64,000 nt of DNA from Promethearchaeota archaeon. Its GTDB lineage: Archaea > Asgardarchaeota > Lokiarchaeia > Sigyniarchaeales > SOKP01. Both the position numbers and the translations under genes were made by a program. The stretch is taken from contig RDOA01000006.1 in NCBI GenBank assembly GCA_011364925.1, forward strand, positions 1 to 64,000. Direction: 5' to 3'. Below are positions 37,900 to 47,961 of the stretch, in pieces. Under the pieces are notes generated by a model, which was given only the letters and a program-made list of their open reading frames with translations, was not told the origin of the DNA and ran no database searches. Numbering within the stretch: position 1 is the first letter of the stretch; every line of letters begins with the position of its first letter.

Positions 37900-38044
37900 C
37901 TTTTAAAGTCACCTAATGATTTTTTACTATTCTGTAAGAATTAATTTCTAAATTGAATAATTAATAATACTTATATTTTGTTTAGATTAAATAAATTATT
38001 AACTGAAAATTTTTCTCGAAGCATGAGAAAAAAGGCTATGAAAA

Positions 38045-38470
38045 ATGGAAGAGTCAGAAAAAGAAAACTTATTTGCCACTTTTAAAGGAGTTATCGAAAG
38101 TATCGTTTTAGACAAACGAGATAATCCAAAGAATATTAAGGTACTCGAGGATTTTCAAGCTAAACTTAATATTGGATTACATGTTGAAGCAGATTTTTAT
38201 TTTTGGGTAAATCTTATTGCAGAAAATGGGAATTATACTGTCAATCGCGGTAAATTAAACGAATTTGATTTGGAAATAATGGCTACTCCAGAAGATTTAA
38301 TGTATTTTTCTAATGGCGAAAATTCAACATTAAATATGATGCTAAAAAAGAATAAATTTAGGGAAAGGAAATTAAAATACGAAAAAAGTAGTACTGGCAA
38401 AAGGAATCTCGGTTTACTCTTAAAATTACCTAAAATCCTTGTTTTAGACAAAATAAAAACACATCAATAA
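38045..38470 (+). CDS. SCP2-like lipid-binding domain protein
   Basis: Pattern 'V.L..ENG..TV.RG....DLEI.ATPEDL..F.NG' resembles the SCP2 fold. Confidence 0.55.
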   Translation: MEESEKENLFATFKGVIESIVLDKRDNPKNIKVLEDFQAKLNIGLHVEADFYFWVNLIAENGNYTVNRGKLNEFDLEIMATPEDLMYFSNGENSTLNMMLKKNKFRERKLKYEKSSTGKRNLGLLLKLPKILVLDKIKTHQ

Positions 38471-38482
38471 GATCCTATTTTC

Positions 38483-39103
38483 TTAATTAACAAATATCTT
38501 TTTGTTGTCAAAATAATAACTAAGATTTAAGTCTTTAAACGAAGATGATCTAAAATTATATTGATGTAGTGTAATATTTATTATGCTAGCTTTTTTGTCT
38601 ATCTGAATCACAATAAACGAGGGATTACGGCTAGCTATAAAGGACCATGCTCCAGTGACACTCCCGGGATTAATAAGCAAAATATTATTTTTTGTCAAAA
38701 CAATTTCTTCCTTATGAGTATGTCCAGATATTAGGATATTGTAATTTCTCTGAAGAGCGAGCTCCTCGAGTTGAGAATGATCTCCACGTGGAGATATTTG
38801 ATGACCATGAGTTAAACCAATTATTAGTTTATTGTTTGATTCCAGAGAGATAGCGAGATTTTGATAAACTGGAGCGTCTTGAGAGCCACCGTAATAGTCC
38901 ATATTACCAATAACGCGCAATATTCTGTTTTTTGAAAGGCTCTTTAAAAAAATCATAAAATCAGGCGCATTTATAACATCCCCTGTAAAAAAAATATAAT
39001 CAAATAATTGATTTGATAATTGATTTAACTTATCCATAATGATAGGTGGTACTTCAGAGGCCCTTCTAGGGATATGGGAGTCTCCTATTACAAGGATTCT
39101 CAT
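38483..39103 (-). CDS. Vps29/YfcE-family metallophosphoesterase
   Basis: IGDSHIP.R, TGD, GNMD, HGHQI.PRGD, ILISGHTH, INPGS.TGA and PSF motifs. Confidence 0.9.
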   Translation of the reverse strand: MRILVIGDSHIPRRASEVPPIIMDKLNQLSNQLFDYIFFTGDVINAPDFMIFLKSLSKNRILRVIGNMDYYGGSQDAPVYQNLAISLESNNKLIIGLTHGHQISPRGDHSQLEELALQRNYNILISGHTHKEEIVLTKNNILLINPGSVTGAWSFIASRNPSFIVIQIDKKASIINITLHQYNFRSSSFKDLNLSYYFDNKKIFVN

Positions 39104-39111
39104 TACTTATC

Positions 39112-40233
39112 TCAAGATTTTTTCTGTTTATCTTTCTTATCTTGTTTTTTCACATAATCATACATTTTTTTAGCATTAGGATCATTTTCAAAATGATTTC
39201 TAATTGGTTTAAGGAATTGATTAAGATATTTTATGACTGAAGGTTTAAGATCTGCCGGGCTTAAAGTTCCACTAGCAAAATCCTTCTCAAGGTCTTTAAA
39301 TGAGGAATATACCACAGTACCACCGTATTTTTCTGGGCGTTCAACTTTGAACTTATCAACTAACTCGAAAATGATGTGTTTAGTATAATCTAGAACTGGA
39401 TTTTCTTCTATCTGATGTGGTGGGCAATATGCTTTAGTTATTTTTCGTTTAATTTCTTCTGGAGAGTCAAGCATGAATATTGCAGAATCAGGGTCCGATT
39501 TTGACATCTTGAGCTTAACAGCACGATCAGTTCCCTTTAAGTCTGTATCGGGTGGTTTTCCGAGCCCCATTAACATATGATGACATAAAGATATTGGTTT
39601 TGGTCTTCCAATCTTACTTGCAACTTCGCGTGCTAACATATTTACCTTTCTTTGATCTAAACCTAATTGGCAAATATCTGCTGGAAGATAAAATATATCC
39701 GCTGCTTGCATTAGAGGATATAATATTTGTGAAGCGGTTAGAGCATCAGTATCCTCTCGACCCATAATTTGTGTACATCTTTTTACTCGGTTCAAAGTGC
39801 TATTCATTGAGATCTTGAGCACTAATTCCCAGTAATCTGAATTCTGAACTAAATCTGAAGCATAAATAAATTGAACTTTACTTAAATCCATACCACAAAC
39901 TTTCCATACTTCTATAAAAAAATCTCCTACTTTTTTTATAATTTCAAGATTCCCCCCAAATTTATGATTAGCAGCAGCATGCCAATCTGCAATTAGGAAT
40001 TTAAAAATTACACCAGCCTTAGTGATTTTATTTACATTGATCGCCCTTAGTAAACCTTGAGCGATATGTATATTGCCTGAGGGCTCGAATCCATCGTAAG
40101 CATATATTGGCTTATCATTTTCGAGTTTCCATTTTAGCATCTCATATAATTCTTCTATCTCAATGATTTCCTCTCCGACTTCCTTTAATAAAGATATTTT
40201 CTCATCCAAAGATAAAGTCATAATGTTTCTCAC
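39112..40233 (-). CDS. tyrS: Tyrosine--tRNA ligase (archaeal/eukaryotic type)
   Basis: YDGFEPSGNIHIAQ (HIGH-like), ADWHA, YPLMQAAD, GLDQRK and KMSKS motifs. Confidence 0.95.
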   Translation of the reverse strand: MRNIMTLSLDEKISLLKEVGEEIIEIEELYEMLKWKLENDKPIYAYDGFEPSGNIHIAQGLLRAINVNKITKAGVIFKFLIADWHAAANHKFGGNLEIIKKVGDFFIEVWKVCGMDLSKVQFIYASDLVQNSDYWELVLKISMNSTLNRVKRCTQIMGREDTDALTASQILYPLMQAADIFYLPADICQLGLDQRKVNMLAREVASKIGRPKPISLCHHMLMGLGKPPDTDLKGTDRAVKLKMSKSDPDSAIFMLDSPEEIKRKITKAYCPPHQIEENPVLDYTKHIIFELVDKFKVERPEKYGGTVVYSSFKDLEKDFASGTLSPADLKPSVIKYLNQFLKPIRNHFENDPNAKKMYDYVKKQDKKDKQKKS

Positions 40234-40363
40234 ATAAAATTATTTATTTTAATTAAGTTTCCATTTCGATATAATTTTTATGATTTAGTTGGCTTCTCTA
40301 TAGTCATTTAAGAAAAAATTCTTAAGAGTCATTGAGAAATGGAAAAAATTAAAAAATGAATGG

Positions 40364-43069
40364 TTATTGTATTTCTTGGATTTGTTTATCCATTAGAGCT
40401 GCTTGGGCTGCAGCAATACGTGCAACCGGTATTCTAAATGGTGAACATGATACATAATTAATTCCAATTGAATGAGCAAACACAATTGATTTTGGGTCTC
40501 CCCCATGCTCACCACATACGCCCATCTTCAGATTAGGTCTCGTTTCTCTCCCAAGCTTGATGGCCATCTTCATTAACTTACCTACACCATCTTGATCTAA
40601 AGTTTCAAAAGGATTGCGCTCTAATATTTCTTTATTTAAATATACTGGGAGAAACTTGCCCTCTGCATCGTCTCGACTAAAACCGAATGTCATTTGGGTA
40701 AGATCGTTTGTTCCAAAAGAGAAAAATTCTGCTTCCATCGCAATTTCGTCAGCAGTTAAGGCAGCTCTGGGAATCTCAATCATAGTTCCAAACTTATATT
40801 CTAACTCCACTCCGTAATCTTTAATAGTTTCTTCTGCTATCTCAAGCAGTTGAGCTTTTACATACTGCAACTCTGAAATCATTCCGACGAGAGGAATCAT
40901 TACTTCTGGGATTACCTCAACTCCTTGTTTCTTTAGCTCACAAGCAGCCTGAAATATAGCTCGAACCTGCATCTCATTAATCTCTGGCCATATTATCCCA
41001 AGTCGGCAACCTCTTAGGCCCATCATAGGATTTTCCTCCGAAAGGGAGCGAATCAATTGTATCACTTTCTTTTTCTTCTTGAGTTCTTCGTCAAGAGGAG
41101 TAACATCTAACAATGCTTTGGACAAAGAGTTAGTCATTTTTAATTCTTGATGTTCTAATAACACTGTTGATAACTCAGGTAAAAATTCATGTAAAGGAGG
41201 ATCAAGTAACCTGATCGTGACCGGTTTTCCTTCCATAATTTTGAATATTTCTAGGAAATCCCCTTTTTGCATTGGTAAAATTTTATCCAAGAGATCCTTT
41301 CTGTCTTCTTTAGTCCTTGCCATTATCATATTTTGAACTACAGGTAATCGGTCTTGAGCCATGAACATATGTTCTGTTCTTGTTAAACCTATGCCCTCAG
41401 CACCAAATTCTATAGCCTTTTTTGCATCAGTTGGAGTATCAGCGTTTGCTCTTACACCTAAAACCCTTATTTCGTCTGCCATTTTTAATAATTTTGAAAA
41501 TTCACCTTTGATTTCTGGTTCTACTAAGGGGACTTTTCCTTCTATTACACGACCAGAAGTTCCATCGATAGTTATATAATCACCTTCTTTAACTACAGTC
41601 TCTGCTACTCTAAATTCTTTCGCTTCTTCGTCAATTTCGATATCTTGGGCACCCACAACCGCAGGTTTACCCATACCTCTTGCTACCACAGCAGCATGAG
41701 ATGTTTTTCCTCCAAATTGAGTTAAAACTCCACTAGAAGCATACAATCCATGGACATCTTCTGGTTTAGTCTGTGGTCGTACTAATATTATATCCTCTTG
41801 AGTACCATGAGCTTTTGCTTCAGCATCATCAGAATCAAATATTGCGATTCCTGAAACTGCTCCGGGTGAAGCATTAATGCCGTTTGCTAACACACGTATA
41901 ACTGCATTCTCATCTATACTTTTAAATAGAAGTTTAGAAACTTTTCCAGGATCAATACTCATTATAGCTTCTTCCTTCGAGATTAAACCTTCATTGACCA
42001 TATCTACAGCAATTTTAACTGCTGCAGATGGTGTTCGTTTACCATTCCGGGTTTGTAAGATAAATAATTTCCCATTTTCAATGGTAAATTCAATATCTTG
42101 CATGTCTCGATAGTGCTTCTCAAGGTTCACCATGGTTTCTTTCAATTCTTTATAAATTTCTGGAAATTCTTCGTTCATTTCTTCAAGCTTTTTTGGAGTT
42201 CTAATTCCTGCAACGACATCTTCTCCTTGAGCGTTAGCAAGGTATTCCCCAAATTTAATATTATCACCATTCGAAGGATCTCGCGTAAAAGCTACTCCAG
42301 TGGCTGAATTCCATCCTTTATTTCCAAAAACCATTACTTGAACATTAACAGCTGTACCAAAATTAGGTATATTGGAAATTTTCCTATATGTAATTGCTCG
42401 TTTATTATTCCAAGATTTAAAAACAGCTTCAATTGCTATAGATAGTTGTTCATACGGATCTTGAGGAAATGGTGATCCTATCTCCTTTTCATACAATGCC
42501 TTATAATCTGCTATTACTTTTTGCAGATCTTCTACTTTTAGATCAGTATCTTGAGCAGTTCGAGAGATAGCGCGTTTATACTTAACAAGAATTCTTTCGA
42601 ATTTTTCATCACCAATCCCCATACACACATCTCCAAACATTTGGATAAATCTTCTCCAGGAATCATAAGCAAATCGAGGGTTCTCGGTTTGTTCAGCTAA
42701 TCCTTTAACAGATACATCATTTAATCCAAGATTCAATACAGTATCCATCATTCCCGGCATGGACATAGGAGCACCACTTCTCACACTTAGTAATAATGGA
42801 TTCTTAATATCTCCAAATATTTTCCCTGTTTTCTTTTCGAGTTTTTTTAAATGATCGTGAACCATAGGTTCAATTTGAGCCATAATTTTTTTGGGGTCTT
42901 TAAAATAGAGTAAACACGCTTCTGTGGTGATAGTAAATCCGGGAGGAACATTTAGTCCCAAATTAGTCATCTCTCCAAGATTAGCCCCTTTTCCACCAAG
43001 TAAGTTTTTTAATTCTTTTTTACCTTCTTTAAAATCATAGATATACTTGGAAGTTTCAGTAGTTGTCAT
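40364..43069 (-). CDS. ppdK: Pyruvate, phosphate dikinase
   Basis: LGGKGANL, SVRSGA, MPGMMDT, QGEDVVAG, TSHAAVVARG (phospho-His), RTEHMF, SFGTNDLTQ and CGEHGG motifs. Confidence 0.97.
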   Translation of the reverse strand: MTTTETSKYIYDFKEGKKELKNLLGGKGANLGEMTNLGLNVPPGFTITTEACLLYFKDPKKIMAQIEPMVHDHLKKLEKKTGKIFGDIKNPLLLSVRSGAPMSMPGMMDTVLNLGLNDVSVKGLAEQTENPRFAYDSWRRFIQMFGDVCMGIGDEKFERILVKYKRAISRTAQDTDLKVEDLQKVIADYKALYEKEIGSPFPQDPYEQLSIAIEAVFKSWNNKRAITYRKISNIPNFGTAVNVQVMVFGNKGWNSATGVAFTRDPSNGDNIKFGEYLANAQGEDVVAGIRTPKKLEEMNEEFPEIYKELKETMVNLEKHYRDMQDIEFTIENGKLFILQTRNGKRTPSAAVKIAVDMVNEGLISKEEAIMSIDPGKVSKLLFKSIDENAVIRVLANGINASPGAVSGIAIFDSDDAEAKAHGTQEDIILVRPQTKPEDVHGLYASSGVLTQFGGKTSHAAVVARGMGKPAVVGAQDIEIDEEAKEFRVAETVVKEGDYITIDGTSGRVIEGKVPLVEPEIKGEFSKLLKMADEIRVLGVRANADTPTDAKKAIEFGAEGIGLTRTEHMFMAQDRLPVVQNMIMARTKEDRKDLLDKILPMQKGDFLEIFKIMEGKPVTIRLLDPPLHEFLPELSTVLLEHQELKMTNSLSKALLDVTPLDEELKKKKKVIQLIRSLSEENPMMGLRGCRLGIIWPEINEMQVRAIFQAACELKKQGVEVIPEVMIPLVGMISELQYVKAQLLEIAEETIKDYGVELEYKFGTMIEIPRAALTADEIAMEAEFFSFGTNDLTQMTFGFSRDDAEGKFLPVYLNKEILERNPFETLDQDGVGKLMKMAIKLGRETRPNLKMGVCGEHGGDPKSIVFAHSIGINYVSCSPFRIPVARIAAAQAALMDKQIQEIQ

Positions 43070-43214
43070 ATTTCAATTCTCAAATGTAGTTACAAAAACA
43101 AATTTTTTTTAACATGCTTTTGCATAATCTTTAAATTATGCTTTTGATCTATAATTTCTCTTCTGAAATAAAATTTACCATATAGAATAGATTGATAAGA
43201 TGAAATTGAATATT

Positions 43215-44039
43215 TTATTTTTTTAAAATCTCTAAAATATCCCAAATTCCATTAATTATAAAATCGGGCTGGTATGATTGATTTTTCTCAATCATTTCAA
43301 TATTTGTTTCTCCTGATAACACGCAACATGTTATTATTCCAGCTTCATGTCCCATTTTGATATCAGTATATAATCTATCTCCAAATAATATTGCATCTCT
43401 AGGTTCTATATCAAGTTCACGAAGCTTGAAGAGGATCATTTCTTTATTAGGTTTTCCAAACACCTTTGGCATTCGTTCCGTAGCTTTAAATAGGAGTGCT
43501 GCAATTCCTCCGGCATCAGGAATATATCCTTTTTCTGTAGGGCATCTATTGTCAAGGTGTGTCGCTACATAAGGTAGATCTCCTTGGAGCATGTAAGAAG
43601 TTTTAACAAGTTTATCGTACGTTAGATCTTGATCAAAAGCAAGTACTACTATTTCAGGATTAATATCGGTTAAAGTAAAGCCCTCTTGTTGAAATTCAAG
43701 TTTAAGAGATTCTGTTCCTAATAAGTAGACTCGTTTATAATTCTTGCTTCTCAGATATTCAATCGTAGGGTGTTGAGACAAAATTAAGTTATTAATTGTG
43801 ACATTGAGATTTAGATCGTTTAATTTTTTAATATAATCTGACGTAGACTTACTGGAATTATTCGAAAGAAAGAAGAAGGGTAATTCTTTTTCATGTAAAA
43901 TTTCTATTAATTCTCTAACCCCTTTGAAAAGCTTGTTTCCTAAATATATCGTCCCATCTAGGTCAAAAAAGAATACTTTTTTTTTTCCTAATATAGACGA
44001 CAATTCGTTAATTGAACTCATATTTACTAATCTTAACAA
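43215..44039 (-). CDS. HAD-IIA hydrolase (NagD-like)
   Basis: FDLDGT, SNNS, GKP and GDRLYTDI motifs. Confidence 0.92.
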   Translation of the reverse strand: MLRLVNMSSINELSSILGKKKVFFFDLDGTIYLGNKLFKGVRELIEILHEKELPFFFLSNNSSKSTSDYIKKLNDLNLNVTINNLILSQHPTIEYLRSKNYKRVYLLGTESLKLEFQQEGFTLTDINPEIVVLAFDQDLTYDKLVKTSYMLQGDLPYVATHLDNRCPTEKGYIPDAGGIAALLFKATERMPKVFGKPNKEMILFKLRELDIEPRDAILFGDRLYTDIKMGHEAGIITCCVLSGETNIEMIEKNQSYQPDFIINGIWDILEILKK

Positions 44040-44132
44040 TTATTTTGGAGAATTATAAATTATTTCTTAAATAATTAAGCGTCTCAAATTAATTAGTATT
44101 TTCGAATTTTAAAACAAAGAAGTCATTAGCTT

Positions 44133-44789
44133 TTATTCGTTCAAAACTAACCATGCTTTATACTTAAGAGTAAACTTCCCTTTCTCTAGTGGATCATACC
44201 CTGTAGATTCTTCAAAAATGATTTGTTTTATTTCAGAATCAAGTTTTTTATATAAAATCCCAATATTCCTCCTGGCTAAAGTTATGCACACTAAAAATAA
44301 ACAGCCAACGATACTAAAACTAAGTATTAATGCTTCTAATTCATTCGTATACATGTTAGAAAAAGACCAGATAATTATAAATGGGACAATACTAAAAATA
44401 CAGTATAAGCAATAATTTTGAGACTGAAAGTTAAAAAAGTTCTTATATATATGACTAATTATAAAACGATCTGCGTCTTTTAGCAACCAGTTTTTGTATT
44501 TAGATTTAAATTTTCTCCCATCTTCCGGACCTATCCCAAACTTTTCTTTAAATTGTTCTTGTTTCAATCTAGTGTCTAGTATAATGAATATTTTCCTCAC
44601 CTTATTTTGAAGAGAAAGAAGGAAGAAACCTAAAACGCTCAAGAATAAACCCAAATATAGATAAACTGGTAATCCGATGCTTCTTATACCACCTTCAAGG
44701 AAAAATATTATGAGGAAGATTGTAATGAAAGCTGAGATAATTTTTTTAATTTCAAATTTCAATAATAAACCCAAGATTGAATTTACCAT
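44133..44789 (-). CDS. Hypothetical membrane protein with an internally duplicated (2 TM + F.E..G..P....KF..KYK.WL) unit
   Basis: Two hydrophobic hairpins, followed respectively by FKEKFGIGPEDGRKFKSKYKNWL and FEESTGYDPLEKGKFTLKYKAWL. Confidence 0.65.
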   Translation of the reverse strand: MVNSILGLLLKFEIKKIISAFITIFLIIFFLEGGIRSIGLPVYLYLGLFLSVLGFFLLSLQNKVRKIFIILDTRLKQEQFKEKFGIGPEDGRKFKSKYKNWLLKDADRFIISHIYKNFFNFQSQNYCLYCIFSIVPFIIIWSFSNMYTNELEALILSFSIVGCLFLVCITLARRNIGILYKKLDSEIKQIIFEESTGYDPLEKGKFTLKYKAWLVLNE

Positions 44790-44886
44790 TTTAATAATAA
44801 CAGTTAAAGATATTTGCTGTAATAAGGAAAAAAAAAAAAGTAAAAATTTAAGAATTATGGTTTTGAGTTTTTTAAGTATTAACTTG

Positions 44887-46335
44887 CTACGACTCTACCT
44901 TAGTTCCACACCATTTACAAAATTTATCATTCTCAGAGAGTTTACTGTTACAAAAAGAACACGTTTTCGCCTTAGCAGGAGTAACTACTCCGGTTGTTCC
45001 TGTAATTCTTCCCTCAACTTTTCCTCCACAATTCGGACAGAAGACGGCATCTGGTCGAATTGTTGAATTGCATCGTACACACGTAGTTGTTGCTGCTTTT
45101 ACTTGTTTTTCTGGAACTTTTGGAGGAGCAGCTTGAGACGACGGTTTTGATTTTAATTTCTTTTGGCCTCTTCGAGCTAACACTGCTGCAACGATTATTA
45201 TTCCAACAACAACTATAATGGCTATCAGTATGGGCTGGACACCAATCCATCGATCAACAGAAGTAATTCCTGTCTCATATGTTACATCAAATGTAATGGT
45301 TGTTGATTCCTCAGGGGATAACATTGGATCGAAAAAGATAAAGAAATACCAAGTTCCATCGTCAGGGACTGGAAAAGAATCTGAAATAGAAAGTACGCCT
45401 TCAACTGGTTTATATGCAACTGAGAAATCAACTACATCAACGGCAGAGTATACGATTGTAAAATTAACTGATGCTGTTGACGGTCCATCATTAAACCAAA
45501 CCACGTAGTAATCCATTGCAGATAGTATATTATATACACCCATTCCTTGCATTGTATTAGATTCTTCCACAAAAAACGAGGGACTTCCCCCTTGGTTCCA
45601 TTCGTAAAGATTCTGTCCGCTTGCGATAAAGAAATCAATTTGTACAGACGCATTAAAATTATAGATAATTGAGGAGCCCGGTTTTAAAAAATATTGAATA
45701 TATTCATACTGGTTGTTTGACAGTACGAGTTGATCAGTATCGTTTCCAAATCTAGTTGTAGTTGGCAAGTCTTCGAAGGGGCGATCCCAAATTGCAAAAC
45801 TGATATAGCTAGGCGAAGACTGAATAGAATAGGTGATAGATCCTCCTTGGTTAACGGATTCATATTCATACCAGTATTCATTGAAGTATAATGTCTCTGT
45901 GGAACGATAATTGACAGTACCGTTCGTGTTCGCACTACTAAAAGGAAACCAAATAGCAACATTTAAAAGAGGTAATAAGATCAGTCCCAAAACTATAGCT
46001 ATCGTTATACCTCCTCCTACATAGACGGGAGAATAATACCATGGTCTATACCAATATCCTGCCCAATACGGGTGATACCACCAACGATAATACCAAGGTC
46101 GATAACCATACCAATAGCTTCTATAAGGTCTATAATATGAATGACGGTAGGGACCACTCGGTGCCCTTGAAGTTATTCTAGTTGCCCCTGTTCTCCCAAA
46201 AGGAGCTCCACCCGGTCTATATCCTCCCATACGGAAACTAGCAGGCCCACCTCGAAATCCACCGCCTCGAAATCCACCACCTCCAAATCCTCCGCCTCGA
46301 AACCCGCCACCGCGAGCTCCACCACCACGTGGCAC
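44887..46335 (-). CDS. Membrane protein: RGG and aromatic low-complexity N-terminus, TM, beta-sandwich ectodomain, TM, double zinc ribbon
   Basis: GGFRG repeats, a Y/W/R/P-rich tract, two TM helices, and C-terminal CVRC..FCPNCG and CSFC..FCKWCG. Confidence 0.85.
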   Translation of the reverse strand: MPRGGGARGGGFRGGGFGGGGFRGGGFRGGPASFRMGGYRPGGAPFGRTGATRITSRAPSGPYRHSYYRPYRSYWYGYRPWYYRWWYHPYWAGYWYRPWYYSPVYVGGGITIAIVLGLILLPLLNVAIWFPFSSANTNGTVNYRSTETLYFNEYWYEYESVNQGGSITYSIQSSPSYISFAIWDRPFEDLPTTTRFGNDTDQLVLSNNQYEYIQYFLKPGSSIIYNFNASVQIDFFIASGQNLYEWNQGGSPSFFVEESNTMQGMGVYNILSAMDYYVVWFNDGPSTASVNFTIVYSAVDVVDFSVAYKPVEGVLSISDSFPVPDDGTWYFFIFFDPMLSPEESTTITFDVTYETGITSVDRWIGVQPILIAIIVVVGIIIVAAVLARRGQKKLKSKPSSQAAPPKVPEKQVKAATTTCVRCNSTIRPDAVFCPNCGGKVEGRITGTTGVVTPAKAKTCSFCNSKLSENDKFCKWCGTKVES

Positions 46336-46337
46336 TT

Positions 46338-47342
46338 TTAAATTCGCACCTCACTGGAATCTTCTTTTTGTTTAAAAAAGTAATCTCGATAGATAGCTGC
46401 TAATATAAGAAGCATAGAAATGATCGATATTGCAAAACCTAAACCATCGATAATAACAGGAGGAGCTGGGACCGCTATTGCAAAAGCTACTCCGAAAAGC
46501 ACCCATTGAACGATTAGAAATGCGACAAATAGTATAGGGATGACAAATCGCACAATATTCCCGGTTTGAATGTTTCGCATATCAGAATATCCTGCATATA
46601 TGATTGAAAATAAGCTAAGTATTCCAAATATGAGTATTAAAAAGCTAAAGATTACAATGACTAGCCAAATTCCTCCGTTAAGACCAATTAAATTCGTGAA
46701 GGGAACTATAAAATCATTCCCTCTTGCTTCAAAAAAGCTAAATTCTACAGAACCTCCTCGTATTTCAGCTGTTCCAAACAAGCTGAGCAAATCTGCTTGT
46801 TGTCCTGAAAAAAAGCCATATATACCAATGAGAGGAAGAATAACTGCTAAAACAAAAGCAAGGATTGAACATACGCTAGCAAACCAAAATTCAGCATTCC
46901 TAGTGTTTGAAACAGGAATTAAACCAACTTCGTCTACAACTTTATCAGGGATATAACTCCAACAGTCTTGTATAGTGGCTACTCCTTGCAATTTTCCATC
47001 TTCAACTACAGGGACTACATTAACTTGCAAATCTCGCATTCGCGCAAAGGCTTCTTTCACTGGACTTTTGAGAGAGACTGGCTCGATTTTGTACATAGCG
47101 GAAATCACATTCTCTGTTTTAATATCTTTTCCTTCAGCTACGATATTATGGACAATGTCAATATCAGCAATAACACCAAGTACTTCTTCATCCTTAAGCA
47201 CAACTAAATCTGGTACACCTAATTCTTTCATTTTTTTAGCCGCATCTTGAATAGTGGCTGTAGATTCTACCACGCCATATTCGTCGTCAATAATTAAATC
47301 TTCGACATAAAATTCTTTTTTTGACAAATCTATAATCAACAC
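46338..47342 (-). CDS. CBS-pair domain protein with a C-terminal 4-TM region
   Basis: Two CBS motifs (GVIADID, VPVV.DGKL.GV) followed by four hydrophobic helices; ends 2 nt before the next gene, suggesting an operon. Confidence 0.85.
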   Translation of the reverse strand: MLIIDLSKKEFYVEDLIIDDEYGVVESTATIQDAAKKMKELGVPDLVVLKDEEVLGVIADIDIVHNIVAEGKDIKTENVISAMYKIEPVSLKSPVKEAFARMRDLQVNVVPVVEDGKLQGVATIQDCWSYIPDKVVDEVGLIPVSNTRNAEFWFASVCSILAFVLAVILPLIGIYGFFSGQQADLLSLFGTAEIRGGSVEFSFFEARGNDFIVPFTNLIGLNGGIWLVIVIFSFLILIFGILSLFSIIYAGYSDMRNIQTGNIVRFVIPILFVAFLIVQWVLFGVAFAIAVPAPPVIIDGLGFAISIISMLLILAAIYRDYFFKQKEDSSEVRI

Positions 47343-47493
47343 TTTTTTTAGTAGATTAGCTATTTATTAACAGACAAAACGAATTATTAAAATTAACTAT
47401 AGTCCAATATTTATGTATTATTCTTTACAGATTATAAATCCAAAATGCAAAATAGAATATGAGATGTAAAAAGAGAATAAAAATAAAAAAAAG

Positions 47494-47961
47494 TTAATAG
47501 AATTCAGTATCAACCATTGTGGTGGAATTAACTAATTCTTGAGCAGCTTTCGTTGCTCTCATTACCTTCGCCATGTTGCCAACTAATTTAAATTTCCCCG
47601 CCATTAAACCTTGAATTGGATCTAGTTCTTTTTTCAATACTTTTACCCAGTTATCGTAAGGTCCTGAAAATACAAATTCAGCTCCTAACTTCTCACCTTC
47701 TTTTAATGGTCGTGGTGGCGAATTTGGAGGTAATATATCGAATTCCTCACCGTCAGCTAATGTCTTAGCTCCAGTACAATCTCCTTTGTATAATCCAACA
47801 AACATATTAATTTTCTTATCCAAATTCCCACTTGGTTCGACGACGAAAACAAAATCGCCTTCCCACCAAGAGGCTGCTTGTTTATAATTAGGATTGTCAT
47901 TTACTGCTTTCATGAAAGCTTGAGCCCAATCGTTCGTCCCAAATTTTGGCATTTTAATCAC
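47494..47961 (-). CDS. SCP2 sterol/lipid-binding domain protein
   Basis: FGT..WA......N, F.GPY.NW.KV and LDPIQGLM.GKFKL.G motifs. Confidence 0.85.
   Translation of the reverse strand: MIKMPKFGTNDWAQAFMKAVNDNPNYKQAASWWEGDFVFVVEPSGNLDKKINMFVGLYKGDCTGAKTLADGEEFDILPPNSPPRPLKEGEKLGAEFVFSGPYDNWVKVLKKELDPIQGLMAGKFKLVGNMAKVMRATKAAQELVNSTTMVDTEFY

Noticed and set aside
13329-39114. TGA stop codons of radA, the AOR gene and tyrS as possible Sec read-through sites
   Set aside because: Each falls at the expected family C-terminus, with no Cys-motif context and no SECIS-like element noticed downstream.
40302-40333. AUGAC-hairpin-UGAC on the minus strand after ppdK, superficially SECIS/K-turn-like
   Set aside because: The loop is UUUU with no apical adenines and ppdK has no in-frame UGA; more likely a terminator-type hairpin or chance.
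46190-46335. Local high-GC repetitive stretch suggesting an RNA gene or foreign DNA
   Set aside because: Fully explained by the Gly/Arg codons of the RGG tract.
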